Part shown: one piece after another, positions 1 through 8,504 of the stretch
Numbering within the stretch: position 1 is the first letter of the stretch
Layout: every line of letters begins with the position of its first letter
Source of the DNA: Bryobacterales bacterium
GTDB taxonomy: Bacteria > Acidobacteriota > Terriglobia > Bryobacterales > Bryobacteraceae
Reading direction: 5' to 3'
DNA length: 64,000 nt
NCBI GenBank assembly: GCA_039812845.1
Contig: JBDIBK010000003.1
Coordinates: 1,054-65,053 of the forward strand
Translations under genes and position numbers: made by a program
The notes under the pieces: model-generated
Told to the model about the DNA's origin: nothing
The model's database searches: none
What the model saw: the letters and a program-made list of their open reading frames with translations, nothing else

Positions 1-1158
1 AACATCCTCGCCGCCCTCGCGGTGAAGAAACTCATGGAACGCGAGAAGATCCCGGGCACGCTGATGCTCTGGCCGGGGGTGGCCGAGGAACAGCTTGGAA
101 CTAAGGCGTACTTCGTGCGCGCGGGCCTGTTCAAAGACGTGGACGCGGTGATCTTCTCCCACGTCGCGAGCAATTTCGGCGTCTCCAGCGGACCCGGCGC
201 GGGCAGCGGGCTGATCTCGGTGGAATACCACTTTCGCGGGGAAAGCGCGCACTCGGCGGTGGCGCCCTGGCGCGGGCGAAGCGCTCTCGATGCGGTGGAA
301 CTGATGAACATCGGCATGAACTTCCGCCGCGAACACCTGCCGCTGGCGCAGCGCACGCACTACGTCATCACCGACGGCGGAGACCAGCCGAACGTGGTTC
401 CCCCGAATGCCACGGTCTGGTATTACTTCCGCCAGCTCACCTACGACTCGATTATGAACCTGTGGAAGATCGGGGACCGTATGGCCGAAGGGGCCACTCT
501 GATGACGGACACGTCGGTGACCTCCCGCGTGCTGGGCTCGGCTTGGCCGGGGCACTTCAGCAAACCCATCGCCGCGGCCGTGAAAGCGAACATTCAGGCA
601 GTGGGATTGCCGGAATGGAGCAATGAGGATCAGACCCTCGCCAAAGCGCTGCAGAAGGATCTGGGCGTGGAACAGGAAGGGCTGCCGGCCAAGCTGGACG
701 AGGACGCAAACCGCGACCAGGAACCGGACCCGCGCACGCGCCTTGGCGGCGGCTCGGACGATATCGGTGACGTCTCCTGGAACGTGCCCACGGTGGTGCT
801 GCGTTACCCCTCCAACATTCCAGGGCTTCCCGGCCACAACTGGGCGAACGCGGTCGCTATGGCCACGCCCATTGCGCATAAGGGGGTGGTTGCCGGAGCG
901 AAAGTGGAGGCGATGAGCATTCTCGACCTGCTCACCAACCCGGATCTGGTGAGCGCCGCCTGGGACTACTTCAAGAATGTCCAGACGAAAAACGAGACTT
1001 ACAAGCCGCTCATCCGTCCCGGAGACCAGCCCGCCATCTGGCTCAACGAGAAGATCATGCGGGAATACCGACCGCGCATGAAGGAGTTTTACTACAACCC
1101 GGAGAAGTACGGCACCTATCTCGAACAGCTCGGCGTGAAGTACCCGACGGTGCGGTGA
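1..1158 (+). CDS. M20-family amidohydrolase/peptidase (AbgB-like), 5' end outside window
   Basis: Frame 1 is open from nt 1 (NILAALAVKKLM...), so the gene starts upstream of the window. M20-like sequence HFRGESAHSAVAPWRGRSALDAVELMNIGMNFRREH and ITDGGDQPNVVP. Stop at 1156-1158. Confidence 0.85.
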   Translation, partial: NILAALAVKKLMEREKIPGTLMLWPGVAEEQLGTKAYFVRAGLFKDVDAVIFSHVASNFGVSSGPGAGSGLISVEYHFRGESAHSAVAPWRGRSALDAVELMNIGMNFRREHLPLAQRTHYVITDGGDQPNVVPPNATVWYYFRQLTYDSIMNLWKIGDRMAEGATLMTDTSVTSRVLGSAWPGHFSKPIAAAVKANIQAVGLPEWSNEDQTLAKALQKDLGVEQEGLPAKLDEDANRDQEPDPRTRLGGGSDDIGDVSWNVPTVVLRYPSNIPGLPGHNWANAVAMATPIAHKGVVAGAKVEAMSILDLLTNPDLVSAAWDYFKNVQTKNETYKPLIRPGDQPAIWLNEKIMREYRPRMKEFYYNPEKYGTYLEQLGVKYPTVR

Positions 1159-1191
1159 GGCGCTATCGGATAATGGTCTCAGGAATACGGC

Positions 1192-1524
1192 ATGCTTGAC
1201 GACCTAAGCTTTCCGCTGAAATGCGATGAATCGATCGACGCGCTCTACCAATCGCTGGCAGCCGCCGCGGAGGACCACGACTTCGAGGCCGATATGAACG
1301 GCGGCGCGCTGACGGTGGAGTTTGACGATCCGCCCGCGAAGTTCGTGGTGAGCCCGAACTCGCCGGTCCGGCAGATCTGGGTGTCGGCCCATTCCCGCAG
1401 CTTCAAGTTTGAGTGGGATGCCGGGCGCGAGGCCTTCGTTCTTCCGGACACAGGCGAGGACCTCAAGGCTATGATGAGCCGCGCGATCTCTCAACAGTTG
1501 GACGAAACCGTCGTGCTGAGTTAA
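1192..1524 (+). CDS. cyaY: Frataxin homologue CyaY (iron donor for Fe-S assembly)
   Basis: 110 aa, typical CyaY size. Core ALTVEFDDPPAKFVVSPNSPVRQIWVSAHSRSFKFEW matches the CyaY/frataxin beta-sheet motif (QIWLA-type). Confidence 0.85.
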   Translation: MLDDLSFPLKCDESIDALYQSLAAAAEDHDFEADMNGGALTVEFDDPPAKFVVSPNSPVRQIWVSAHSRSFKFEWDAGREAFVLPDTGEDLKAMMSRAISQQLDETVVLS

Positions 1525-1571
1525 ACGTGCTGGGCTAAACGAGAAGGACACGGGTTAAGACAGGAACTGCC

Positions 1572-2732
1572 ATGGCGGGAGTTTACATATCCTGGCCGTT
1601 CTGTGCGCAAAAATGCACGTACTGTAACTTCGCTTCCGGCGTGGAGAAGCCGGAGATCCAGGCCCGCTACCTTGACGCTCTCTGCGCGCACCTCGCCGGG
1701 CAGGAATGGCCTTTTGTCCCGGAAACGGTCTATTTCGGGGGAGGCACCCCGAGCCTGCTGCGGCCGGAAGACCTGGCGCGGATCGCCGAGAAGATCCCCG
1801 GCTCCCCATGGCGGGAGTTCACGCTGGAAGCGGCACCCGGTTCTCTGCTTCCAGAGCAAGTGGCCGAGTGGGCGCGCGCGGGTGTGAACCGCGTAAGCCT
1901 GGGCGTGCAATCATTCGTCGAGAAAGAACTGCGGCAAACGGGGCGGCGTCATCTGGCGCGGACCGTCGCGGACGATTGCGGGATGCTTCGCGACGCGGGC
2001 ATTGAGAACTTCAATCTGGACCTCATCGCCGGCCTCCCGTTCCAGACCGCCGCGAGCTGGGAGGAGAGCCTCGCCTGGGTGGAACGCCTGCAGCCGAACC
2101 ATGTGAGCGTCTACATGCTGGAGGTGGACGAGGACAGCCGGCTGGGGCTGGAGATTCTGGGCCAAGGCAATCGTTACGGAGCGGGCGCGGTGGCTCCCGA
2201 TGAGGGAATCGTCGCGAACTACGAGCGGGCCGTCGCGTTCCTCGGCGCCATCGGCCTCCCCCGCTACGAGATATCAAACTTCGCCCGGCCGGGCTTTGCC
2301 TCCGCGCACAACCTGAAGTATTGGCGCATGGAGCCTTACCTCGGCTTTGGCGTGGACGCCCACTCCTTCGACGGTGCGATGCGATGGGGAAGTCCGGAGC
2401 AAGTCCGCGATTATGTAACCTACGTCGAACGCGGCGCGCCTCGCGAGGTTGCCGCGGAGACCGTGCGGCCGCTTGAGGAGCGATTCCTCACCGGTTTGCG
2501 CCTGGACGAAGGCTTGGCGTTGGATCTCGTTGAGCTCCCTGAATCGGTTCGTTCCCGCGTGGATGCAGCGATTGCACGGGAACTCCTCGTTTGGAACGGA
2601 GATCGACTTCGATTTACGCCCAGGGGCGTTCTCCTTTCGAATGAGGTATTTGAAGGATTCCTTGGGGTGGACGACGAAAAATTCGCAAGAAACTCCATTG
2701 ACTCAATAGGGATTCAAAGCCATAATCTCTAA
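1572..2732 (+). CDS. hemW: Radical SAM family heme chaperone HemW (HemN-like)
   Basis: N-terminal CxxxCxxC radical SAM motif (YISWPFCAQKCTYCNFAS), GGGTPS motif, and HemN C-terminal domain. 386 aa. Confidence 0.85.
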   Translation: MAGVYISWPFCAQKCTYCNFASGVEKPEIQARYLDALCAHLAGQEWPFVPETVYFGGGTPSLLRPEDLARIAEKIPGSPWREFTLEAAPGSLLPEQVAEWARAGVNRVSLGVQSFVEKELRQTGRRHLARTVADDCGMLRDAGIENFNLDLIAGLPFQTAASWEESLAWVERLQPNHVSVYMLEVDEDSRLGLEILGQGNRYGAGAVAPDEGIVANYERAVAFLGAIGLPRYEISNFARPGFASAHNLKYWRMEPYLGFGVDAHSFDGAMRWGSPEQVRDYVTYVERGAPREVAAETVRPLEERFLTGLRLDEGLALDLVELPESVRSRVDAAIARELLVWNGDRLRFTPRGVLLSNEVFEGFLGVDDEKFARNSIDSIGIQSHNL

Positions 2733-2750
2733 TAGGAATTAGGTGATTAG

Positions 2751-3176
2751 ATGCAAAGCTCCGTTAAAGGAGAGTACGCGTTGCGCGCCATCTTCGATCT
2801 GGCCGAGCAGCCGCCCGGAACCGCAATCCGCATTGCGGACATCGCACAACGCCAGGATATCCCCCAAAAGTTTCTCGAACTGATTCTGGCCGCTCTGAAG
2901 CAGGGCGGCTTTGTGGAGTCACGCCGGGGCGCGGAGGGCGGGTATATGCTGGCTCGAGCCCCGGAACTGATTTCGGTCGGGGAAGTCCTGCGCTTTCTCG
3001 AAGGCGCTAAGCAGCGCAAACGCACTCAACGGACGGCAAGACACGATCCTTTCCATGGCGTATGGGAGCAAGTGGATAGCGCCATTGCCGACATCCTGGA
3101 TAGCACGAACTTCGCATCGTTGGTGCGGGAGTGGCGGGAACGCCGCTCGTCGTACGTGCCGGACTGGCAAATATAA
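2751..3176 (+). CDS. Rrf2-family transcriptional regulator, cysteine-free (CymR-like)
   Basis: Winged-helix Rrf2 N-terminus ([14 protein letters not shown]...[44 protein letters not shown]). No Cys residues in the 141 aa. Lies immediately upstream of cysK. Confidence 0.85.
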   Translation: MQSSVKGEYALRAIFDLAEQPPGTAIRIADIAQRQDIPQKFLELILAALKQGGFVESRRGAEGGYMLARAPELISVGEVLRFLEGAKQRKRTQRTARHDPFHGVWEQVDSAIADILDSTNFASLVREWRERRSSYVPDWQI

Positions 3177-3240
3177 CTCCGCATCGGGCGGAGCGCTCTC
3201 GCGGCACGCGGCACCTGAGGCCGAATGGAGGAGAAACCAG

Positions 3241-4197
3241 ATGACTTTTCTAGACAACTCCCTTGCGATCGGGCGCACGCCGCTCGTGAAGCTGAACCGC
3301 GTCACGGATGGGGCAAAGGCCACGGTCCTGGCGAAAATTGAAGGACGCAATCCCGCGTATTCGGTGAAATGCCGGATTGGCGCGGCCATGGTGTGGGATG
3401 CCGAGAAGCGCGGCGCTCTGGGTCCCGGCAAGGAGATCGTAGAGGCGACCAGCGGAAACACCGGCATCGCGCTGGCGTTCGTGGCGGCGGCGCGGGGATA
3501 CAAGATCACGCTCACGATGCCGGAAACCATGTCCCTGGAACGGCGGAAGGTATTGAAGGCGTTCGGCGCGAATCTGGTTTTGACCGAAGGAGCCGGTGGC
3601 ATGAAGTCCGCCATCGCGAAAGCGGAAGAACTGGTGGCTTCGGACCCGCAGCGCTATGTGATGATGCAGCAGTTCAAGAACCCCGCCAACCCCGACATTC
3701 ACTACAAGACCACGGGCGCGGAGATCTGGGACGATACGGATGGGAACGTGGACGTTCTGGTGAGCGGCGTTGGAACCGGAGGCACCATCACGGGGGTAGC
3801 CCGCTACTTCAAGCAGGGAAAGAACAAGAATCTGCTGGCGGTGGCCGTGGAACCGGACAACAGCCCGGTGATCAAGCAGAAGCTGGCGGGCGAGGAGCTG
3901 AAGCCGGGGCCGCACAAGATCCAGGGTCTGGGCGCGGGCTTCATTCCCGACACGCTGGATCTCTCGATTGTGGACCGGGTGGAGCTGGTGAGCAACGAGG
4001 AAGCCATCGAGATGGCGCGGAGGCTGGCGAGAGAAGAGGGCATTCTTTCCGGCATCTCTTGCGGGGCGGCCGTGGCGGCGGCGGTGCGTTTGGCGCATCT
4101 GCCGGAATTTGAAGGCAAGACGATCGCCACCGTGCTGCCCGATTCCGGGGAACGCTACCTTAGCACGATCCTTTTTGAGGGATTATTCGCGGATTAA
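3241..4197 (+). CDS. cysK: Cysteine synthase A (O-acetylserine sulfhydrylase)
   Basis: Start taken at the internal ATG ([21 protein letters not shown]). The track ORF start at 3055 overlaps the Rrf2 gene. PLP-lysine region [11 protein letters not shown] and [10 protein letters not shown] motifs are present. Confidence 0.9.
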   Translation: MTFLDNSLAIGRTPLVKLNRVTDGAKATVLAKIEGRNPAYSVKCRIGAAMVWDAEKRGALGPGKEIVEATSGNTGIALAFVAAARGYKITLTMPETMSLERRKVLKAFGANLVLTEGAGGMKSAIAKAEELVASDPQRYVMMQQFKNPANPDIHYKTTGAEIWDDTDGNVDVLVSGVGTGGTITGVARYFKQGKNKNLLAVAVEPDNSPVIKQKLAGEELKPGPHKIQGLGAGFIPDTLDLSIVDRVELVSNEEAIEMARRLAREEGILSGISCGAAVAAAVRLAHLPEFEGKTIATVLPDSGERYLSTILFEGLFAD

Positions 4198-4212
4198 ATG
4201 GAAAATCAAAGG

Positions 4213-4239
4213 AAAAGGCCGCCATTCCGGCGGCCTTTT
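4213..4239. terminator. Bidirectional intrinsic terminator hairpin downstream of cysK
   Basis: AAAA-GGCCGCC-ATTCC-GGCGGCC-TTTT. The 7-bp GC stem is flanked by an A-run and a T-run, so it could terminate transcripts from either strand. Confidence 0.6.
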
Positions 4240-4621
4240 CCTCGCGAATTAATAACACTCCTCGCTAAAACAATTCAAATTCACTCAAAAACGGGCGACC
4301 ACAATAATTCTGACCGACATTTTCACGGGGACTCGCGCGCTTTTGAGCCCGCAGTTTCCCAAGCTGCCAAAACGCCGAAGCGGTAAGAACCGTGGTGCAT
4401 CGCGGTCCCATCCAGGGTACCGAAACGATGCGGGTGATGGCGGTGCAGCCCTCAGCCAGAAGTCGTGATCGCCCCGCGATCAATGACTAATTCCGTTTTT
4501 GTTTCCTCCTTCAATCGCTGTCTAACCCCTTTCTATCACCGCTTGGCAAAGATTACAAGCACTTTTTTTCCTAATGAAATTGACAGAACTAGTCCGCCAA
4601 GTTCGCGCAGCGCCCGGCGAA

Positions 4622-5545
4622 TTACTGAAATTTCCCGATTAAATCCCGCAGAACGGAAAATGCGGCGTCTTCGCCGTGTTCATACGGAATCTCCGCAGCC
4701 GGAGTGCCCTTCCCGGCCGGGCCAACCAGCCGCACGAGAGCGCCCCTTGGGGACCATACACGCGGGCTCTCCGGACCGAAGAACACGAGGCACGGGACGC
4801 CCAGGATGGCGGCCAGATGCGTGATTCCGGAATCGTTCCCAATAAAAAGGAACGCGCCGGCCAGCGCGCGGGCCAGATCGTCGAGGCGCTCGAATCGCCA
4901 GGCGCCGCGGACGAGGTCCTCCGGCAGGGCATCCTCCGGCCCGGCGCACCACTGGATGGAGATGCCGCCCTGGGCGAATGCGCCGATTGATTGGGCAAGC
5001 CGCCGGTACCGTTCCAGAGGCCAGTTCTTCCGCGCATTTCCCGAAAACGGGTGCATCACCACACGAAGCGGCGTACCGGGGGTGCCGCCCTCAGCCAGAG
5101 AAGGCAGCAGAAAGCGGCGGCCGCCCTCGCTGCACCATGCAGCCGGTTCCGCGCCAAGACCATGCCAGGCGCTCGTCTGGCACAGAAACCAGTCGCTCAC
5201 ATGGTGGGTTGAATCCCGATGGGGAAGAGCCTCAAAGAAGTGAATCGGCAACTGGAGACGTTCGCATTCCTCCCTCAACTCCGGCCGGTTTGCGCCGTGC
5301 CAGCTCAGAATTTCGTTGAAGCCCCGCAGCGTTTCCACCAAGCCAAGCGGGAGACGGGCACCGGGGATCCCCAGTAAGGAAAATCCTGTGGAAACCAGAT
5401 TCCGGCGGCGCGGCGCGAGTTCCATCAGCGGCAGCACCGGTCCGGGGGCCCATACTTCGGCCTCCTTCGGACCCATCGCGGCCAGCGTTGGCAGCCAGCA
5501 CAGGCAATCCCCGATTGCTCCGGGGCGGATGAAGAGGCGGCGCAT
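4622..5545 (-). CDS. Glycosyltransferase family 9 (ADP-heptose:LPS heptosyltransferase-like)
   Basis: N-terminus MRRLFIRPGAIGDCL, HPFSGNARKNWPLERY, and C-terminal IGNDSGITHLAAILGVPCLVFFGP are typical GT9 motifs. Confidence 0.8.
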   Translation of the reverse strand: MRRLFIRPGAIGDCLCWLPTLAAMGPKEAEVWAPGPVLPLMELAPRRRNLVSTGFSLLGIPGARLPLGLVETLRGFNEILSWHGANRPELREECERLQLPIHFFEALPHRDSTHHVSDWFLCQTSAWHGLGAEPAAWCSEGGRRFLLPSLAEGGTPGTPLRVVMHPFSGNARKNWPLERYRRLAQSIGAFAQGGISIQWCAGPEDALPEDLVRGAWRFERLDDLARALAGAFLFIGNDSGITHLAAILGVPCLVFFGPESPRVWSPRGALVRLVGPAGKGTPAAEIPYEHGEDAAFSVLRDLIGKFQ

Positions 5546-5560
5546 GGCGAGGGCGCTGGT

Positions 5561-6028
5561 CTAGCGGATGTCGTAGCTCAGGCGAACCGGCAGTGCCGCC
5601 GGGGGCAGGCATTCCTTATCGGTACAGGCCTGGTAATGGAGCTTTCCGGTGATGGCTCCGAAGCCCTGTGCAGTGGTTGCGGGCACCTTGAAATCCTGAT
5701 CGATGGTGAACGTCCCTTCGAGCACGGAAAGTTTGCCTTCCGAGAAGGGATAGCTGCGCAGGACCGCTTTCGGATAACGCGGCGTTTCGGGCGAAAGCGC
5801 ACCCTTCTCCCAGGAGAGACGCAGCGGCTTCAGATAGCGGTCTCCGGGTGTGGCGCTCGTGACATGGTAGCCCTTGGCAACGGTCACGGTCACGGGCACC
5901 GTAACCAGATCCCCTCGCTTGGCGGCAACCGGACCCTTCACGGCAACGCTGGCGACATTCGGTTTTGCGCCGGCCGCTGGGCTAATTTGCCCCGGCAGCC
6001 ACCATGCCCACAGGCAAAGGAGCGCCAT
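5561..6028 (-). CDS. DsbD N-terminal (DsbD-alpha/DsbC-like) domain protein, secreted
   Basis: C-terminal GKLHYQACTDKECLPPAALPVRL is the DsbD-alpha-type motif. Start placed at MALLCLWAWW (signal-like). The alternative upstream start at 6106 would deepen the overlap with the TlpA gene. Confidence 0.6.
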   Translation of the reverse strand: MALLCLWAWWLPGQISPAAGAKPNVASVAVKGPVAAKRGDLVTVPVTVTVAKGYHVTSATPGDRYLKPLRLSWEKGALSPETPRYPKAVLRSYPFSEGKLSVLEGTFTIDQDFKVPATTAQGFGAITGKLHYQACTDKECLPPAALPVRLSYDIR

Positions 6029-6614
6029 CAGCGCCCGCTGCCGCCGCTGTGGCCTTCGCTTCCAGTAATGCACGGATTTCCTCCTCAAACACTTTTCGGC
6101 TGACAATCCCCATGTGGACGCTGGCTACTTTGCCATTCCGGTCGAGGATATAGCTGGTGGGCAGCGCCTCCACTCCTCCGTAAAGTTGCGCCATCTCTTC
6201 GGTTCCCAGCACCATGCGGTAGTTCACCTTCATGTCCTGCATGAACGGCTTTACCGCCTTCCAGCCATCCTCGTCCATGGAGACGCCCACGACGGCGAAG
6301 CCCCGATCCTTGAACTCGCGCTCCATCTCGACGAACCAGGGAATCTCCACTTTGCAGGGCCCGCACCAGGTGGCCCAGAAGTTCAGCAGCACCACTTTGC
6401 CCCGGAGGTCGGAGAGCTTCAGGGTCTGCCCGTTGGCGTCTTCCAGCGCGAAGTCGGCCGCCTCATTCCGGGTATGCTCCGCCTTGAGTTTGGCCGTGGC
6501 CGCGGGTTCCTCCGTCTTCGTGCAGGAAAAGAGCCCGATTGCCAATACGGTTGCCATCAGGACTTTGAGCTTTCTCACGATGCCTCCTTTGCCCAGCGCT
6601 TCTCTCTCCGCCAC
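5982..6614 (-). CDS. TlpA/ResA-family thiol:disulfide oxidoreductase (lipoprotein-type signal)
   Basis: Thioredoxin motif FWATWCGPCKVEIP. N-terminal KLKVLMATVLAIGLFSC lipobox-like signal. The Ala/Gly-rich C-terminal tail overlaps the next gene. Confidence 0.85.
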   Translation of the reverse strand: MAEREALGKGGIVRKLKVLMATVLAIGLFSCTKTEEPAATAKLKAEHTRNEAADFALEDANGQTLKLSDLRGKVVLLNFWATWCGPCKVEIPWFVEMEREFKDRGFAVVGVSMDEDGWKAVKPFMQDMKVNYRMVLGTEEMAQLYGGVEALPTSYILDRNGKVASVHMGIVSRKVFEEEIRALLEAKATAAAAGADGAPLPVGMVAAGAN

Positions 6615-6644
6615 AGCCGCGCATGCCGATAGCCGGCGCGAAAA

Positions 6645-7565
6645 CTACTTGATCAATTCCGGGCGGATGTCTTTGATTTGGATGGCATCGCGCATCGCGT
6701 CCATCTTCTTGCGAAACTTCTCGTCGTGAATGCGCGTGTTGATCCGGGCTGCCACGCTCAGATACTCAGGCTGCGTGACGGATTCGGCTCGAAAGATGTA
6801 AAAGCCGTTCGGCTGACGAACCGGACCTCCGATTTCGTGCTCCTTTAGCTTGAACACGACGGCCCGGACCTCCGCCGGAATGTTATCCGTCTTCTTGAGC
6901 GTGGCAAAATCGCCGTTTCGGTTCGCGCTCGCTTCGTCCTTGGAATACTTCTTCACCATGGCGACGAAATCCGCGCCGGCGCGCAGTTCGGTTACCAATT
7001 TCTCCGCCAGAGCAAGCGCCTCACTCTCCGTCATCGTCGTCCGGGTCTCTCCGGCCTTTGGAAGTGCATTGCTGAAAGGCAGGTAAATCACTTTAGTGGC
7101 GACTTCCACAAAGTCGTCCTTATGCGCCTCGAAGTACGCTTGTGCCTCCGCGCTCTCAACGCGCACTTCCTGGCTCAGGACGTTCAGCCCGGCCGTCGAG
7201 AGCAGCATCGCCCGTTGATAGGCAAGCTGTTCCTTATACGGCGATTGCCGGTCAAGATGCCGGTCTTCGGCCTCCTTGCTCAGCCGGTGCATGAGGGCGA
7301 ACTGGCGAAGGAAGCTCTCCGGATCCTTGGTGGCCGCGGCGCGGCTCTGCGGCGGCATCGCCGCCAGAAAGCTCTGCAACTCACCGTAGGTAACTGGCGC
7401 GCCGTCGACAACGGCCACCACGGTGCCGGCCTCCGGCACGCGCTCCAGCACCGATGGCGAATGGTCCGATTGCGGATGGGCGGGCTGCGAAGCGGCGGGA
7501 GCCTGGCCCCACAGAGGGGCACCGATGCAAGTGATTCCAAGGAAAAAGAGGTGAGTTGCTTTCAT
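6645..7565 (-). CDS. Peptidyl-prolyl cis-trans isomerase, parvulin/SurA-like, secreted
   Basis: Start at MKATHLFFLGITCIGAPLWGQ (signal peptide). C-terminal PpiC-type rotamase region (ANRNGDFATLKK...GGPVRQPNGFYIFRAES). Confidence 0.8.
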   Translation of the reverse strand: MKATHLFFLGITCIGAPLWGQAPAASQPAHPQSDHSPSVLERVPEAGTVVAVVDGAPVTYGELQSFLAAMPPQSRAAATKDPESFLRQFALMHRLSKEAEDRHLDRQSPYKEQLAYQRAMLLSTAGLNVLSQEVRVESAEAQAYFEAHKDDFVEVATKVIYLPFSNALPKAGETRTTMTESEALALAEKLVTELRAGADFVAMVKKYSKDEASANRNGDFATLKKTDNIPAEVRAVVFKLKEHEIGGPVRQPNGFYIFRAESVTQPEYLSVAARINTRIHDEKFRKKMDAMRDAIQIKDIRPELIK

Positions 7566-8504
7566 CCAACAATCCAGATTCAAGAGAGAGTGAAAACGGG
7601 AGCCACGTTCGCGCACGACGCACCGCGCAGGCGATCCGCGCGCCGTTAAGTCCATTATCGTCCAAGGCCCGCCGCTGTGTCCGTCCCGTCACCGTGTCCG
7701 TCCCGCTGGGCGCTCCATCGGTTCGGGCGCCAGCCGGCCCCTCATGGGAAACAAGACTTCCTCCCGCGGTTCCGACACAAGAACGGCGACGGCAGATTCA
7801 CGGCCGGCCGACTGCACCTGCCCATCCCATAGACGATGAAGGTTTGATTGGGTTTCGCCCGTGGCGTTCGATGGACGACCGGGATGCTCCCAAATCATAC
7901 CGAAACAGGTAACATTGTTGCCCCGAAGCATTATCGAAGGAGCGTGTTTCGATTGCAAACTGAGATTCTATCCATAAGTATCAATTATGACCGTTCGGCA
8001 TTTTGATGCCCATTACACCAGCGGGAATCTGTACATCCCCTGCAAGATTCCTTGGATTGCAAGAAAAAGTGTGTCATTCCGAAAGATCCTGTGCTAATCT
8101 CTCTTCTTGACTGGCATACTCCCAACATTTTAGTAGGCTTTGTCATTGATGACCATATTGGGGTTCCCATCGGAGGGTCTCTGCACGTCAGCCCGCAGGG
8201 AGTGGCCACTCCCGGCTCAGTGTATTCAAGCACGAATACATAGAAAGAAGATTCACCCGAATTATCCCTCGCGATTGGGGCGATTCCCTGGATTACCAAT
8301 CTGGTTATACAAGCTTGTTGATCGATTCACTTGACTTTGGTACACGACGATTCTCTGAATCCGCATTAGCGGATTGAGTGTCAGATAGTCAGATCCCTTG
8401 TTGCTTACCTCGAACCAAGGACTCGACACAGAGTTTATGCGTTCTGGGTTGTCTCGAACTGATTTGTTTTGAAAGATTCAGGTCGATCTTTAGAGGAAAT
8501 TCCA

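Noticed and set aside
3055-3240. Upstream extensions offered by the ORF track for several genes: cysK from 3055, DnaC-like to 37817, enolase from 31556, fucP from 27042, amidohydrolase from 23169, bshC from 61355, and PPIase to 61427 and 7655.
   Set aside because: The extensions overlap neighbouring genes or divergent promoters and lack family-conserved sequence. Internal starts reproduce the canonical N-termini or signal peptides, often with a Shine-Dalgarno sequence.
4265-4483. 72-aa TTG-initiated ORF with four cysteines in the cysK-GT9 spacer.
   Set aside because: The Shine-Dalgarno-like GGAGG is 21 nt from the start, and both composition and codon pattern are poor. The region is better explained as structured RNA.
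7677-7705. Direct repeat GTGTCCGTCCCG x2 (period 17) upstream of the PPIase gene, plus other 2-copy repeats; checked as possible CRISPR or tandem arrays.
   Set aside because: There are only two copies, no regular spacer architecture and no cas genes anywhere in the window. It is too short to assign a function.
7985-8299. 104-aa minus-strand and 63-aa plus-strand ORFs in the AT-rich block upstream of the TonB receptor.
   Set aside because: They are mutually antisense, with no RBS, odd composition and no motif. They are treated as non-coding.
8300-8504. Possible cobalamin (or other) riboswitch in the leader of the TonB-dependent receptor.
   Set aside because: I could not find the B12-box (GCCACTG-like) or other riboswitch cores I can recall. 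The question is left open under the AT-rich-block finding rather than called.
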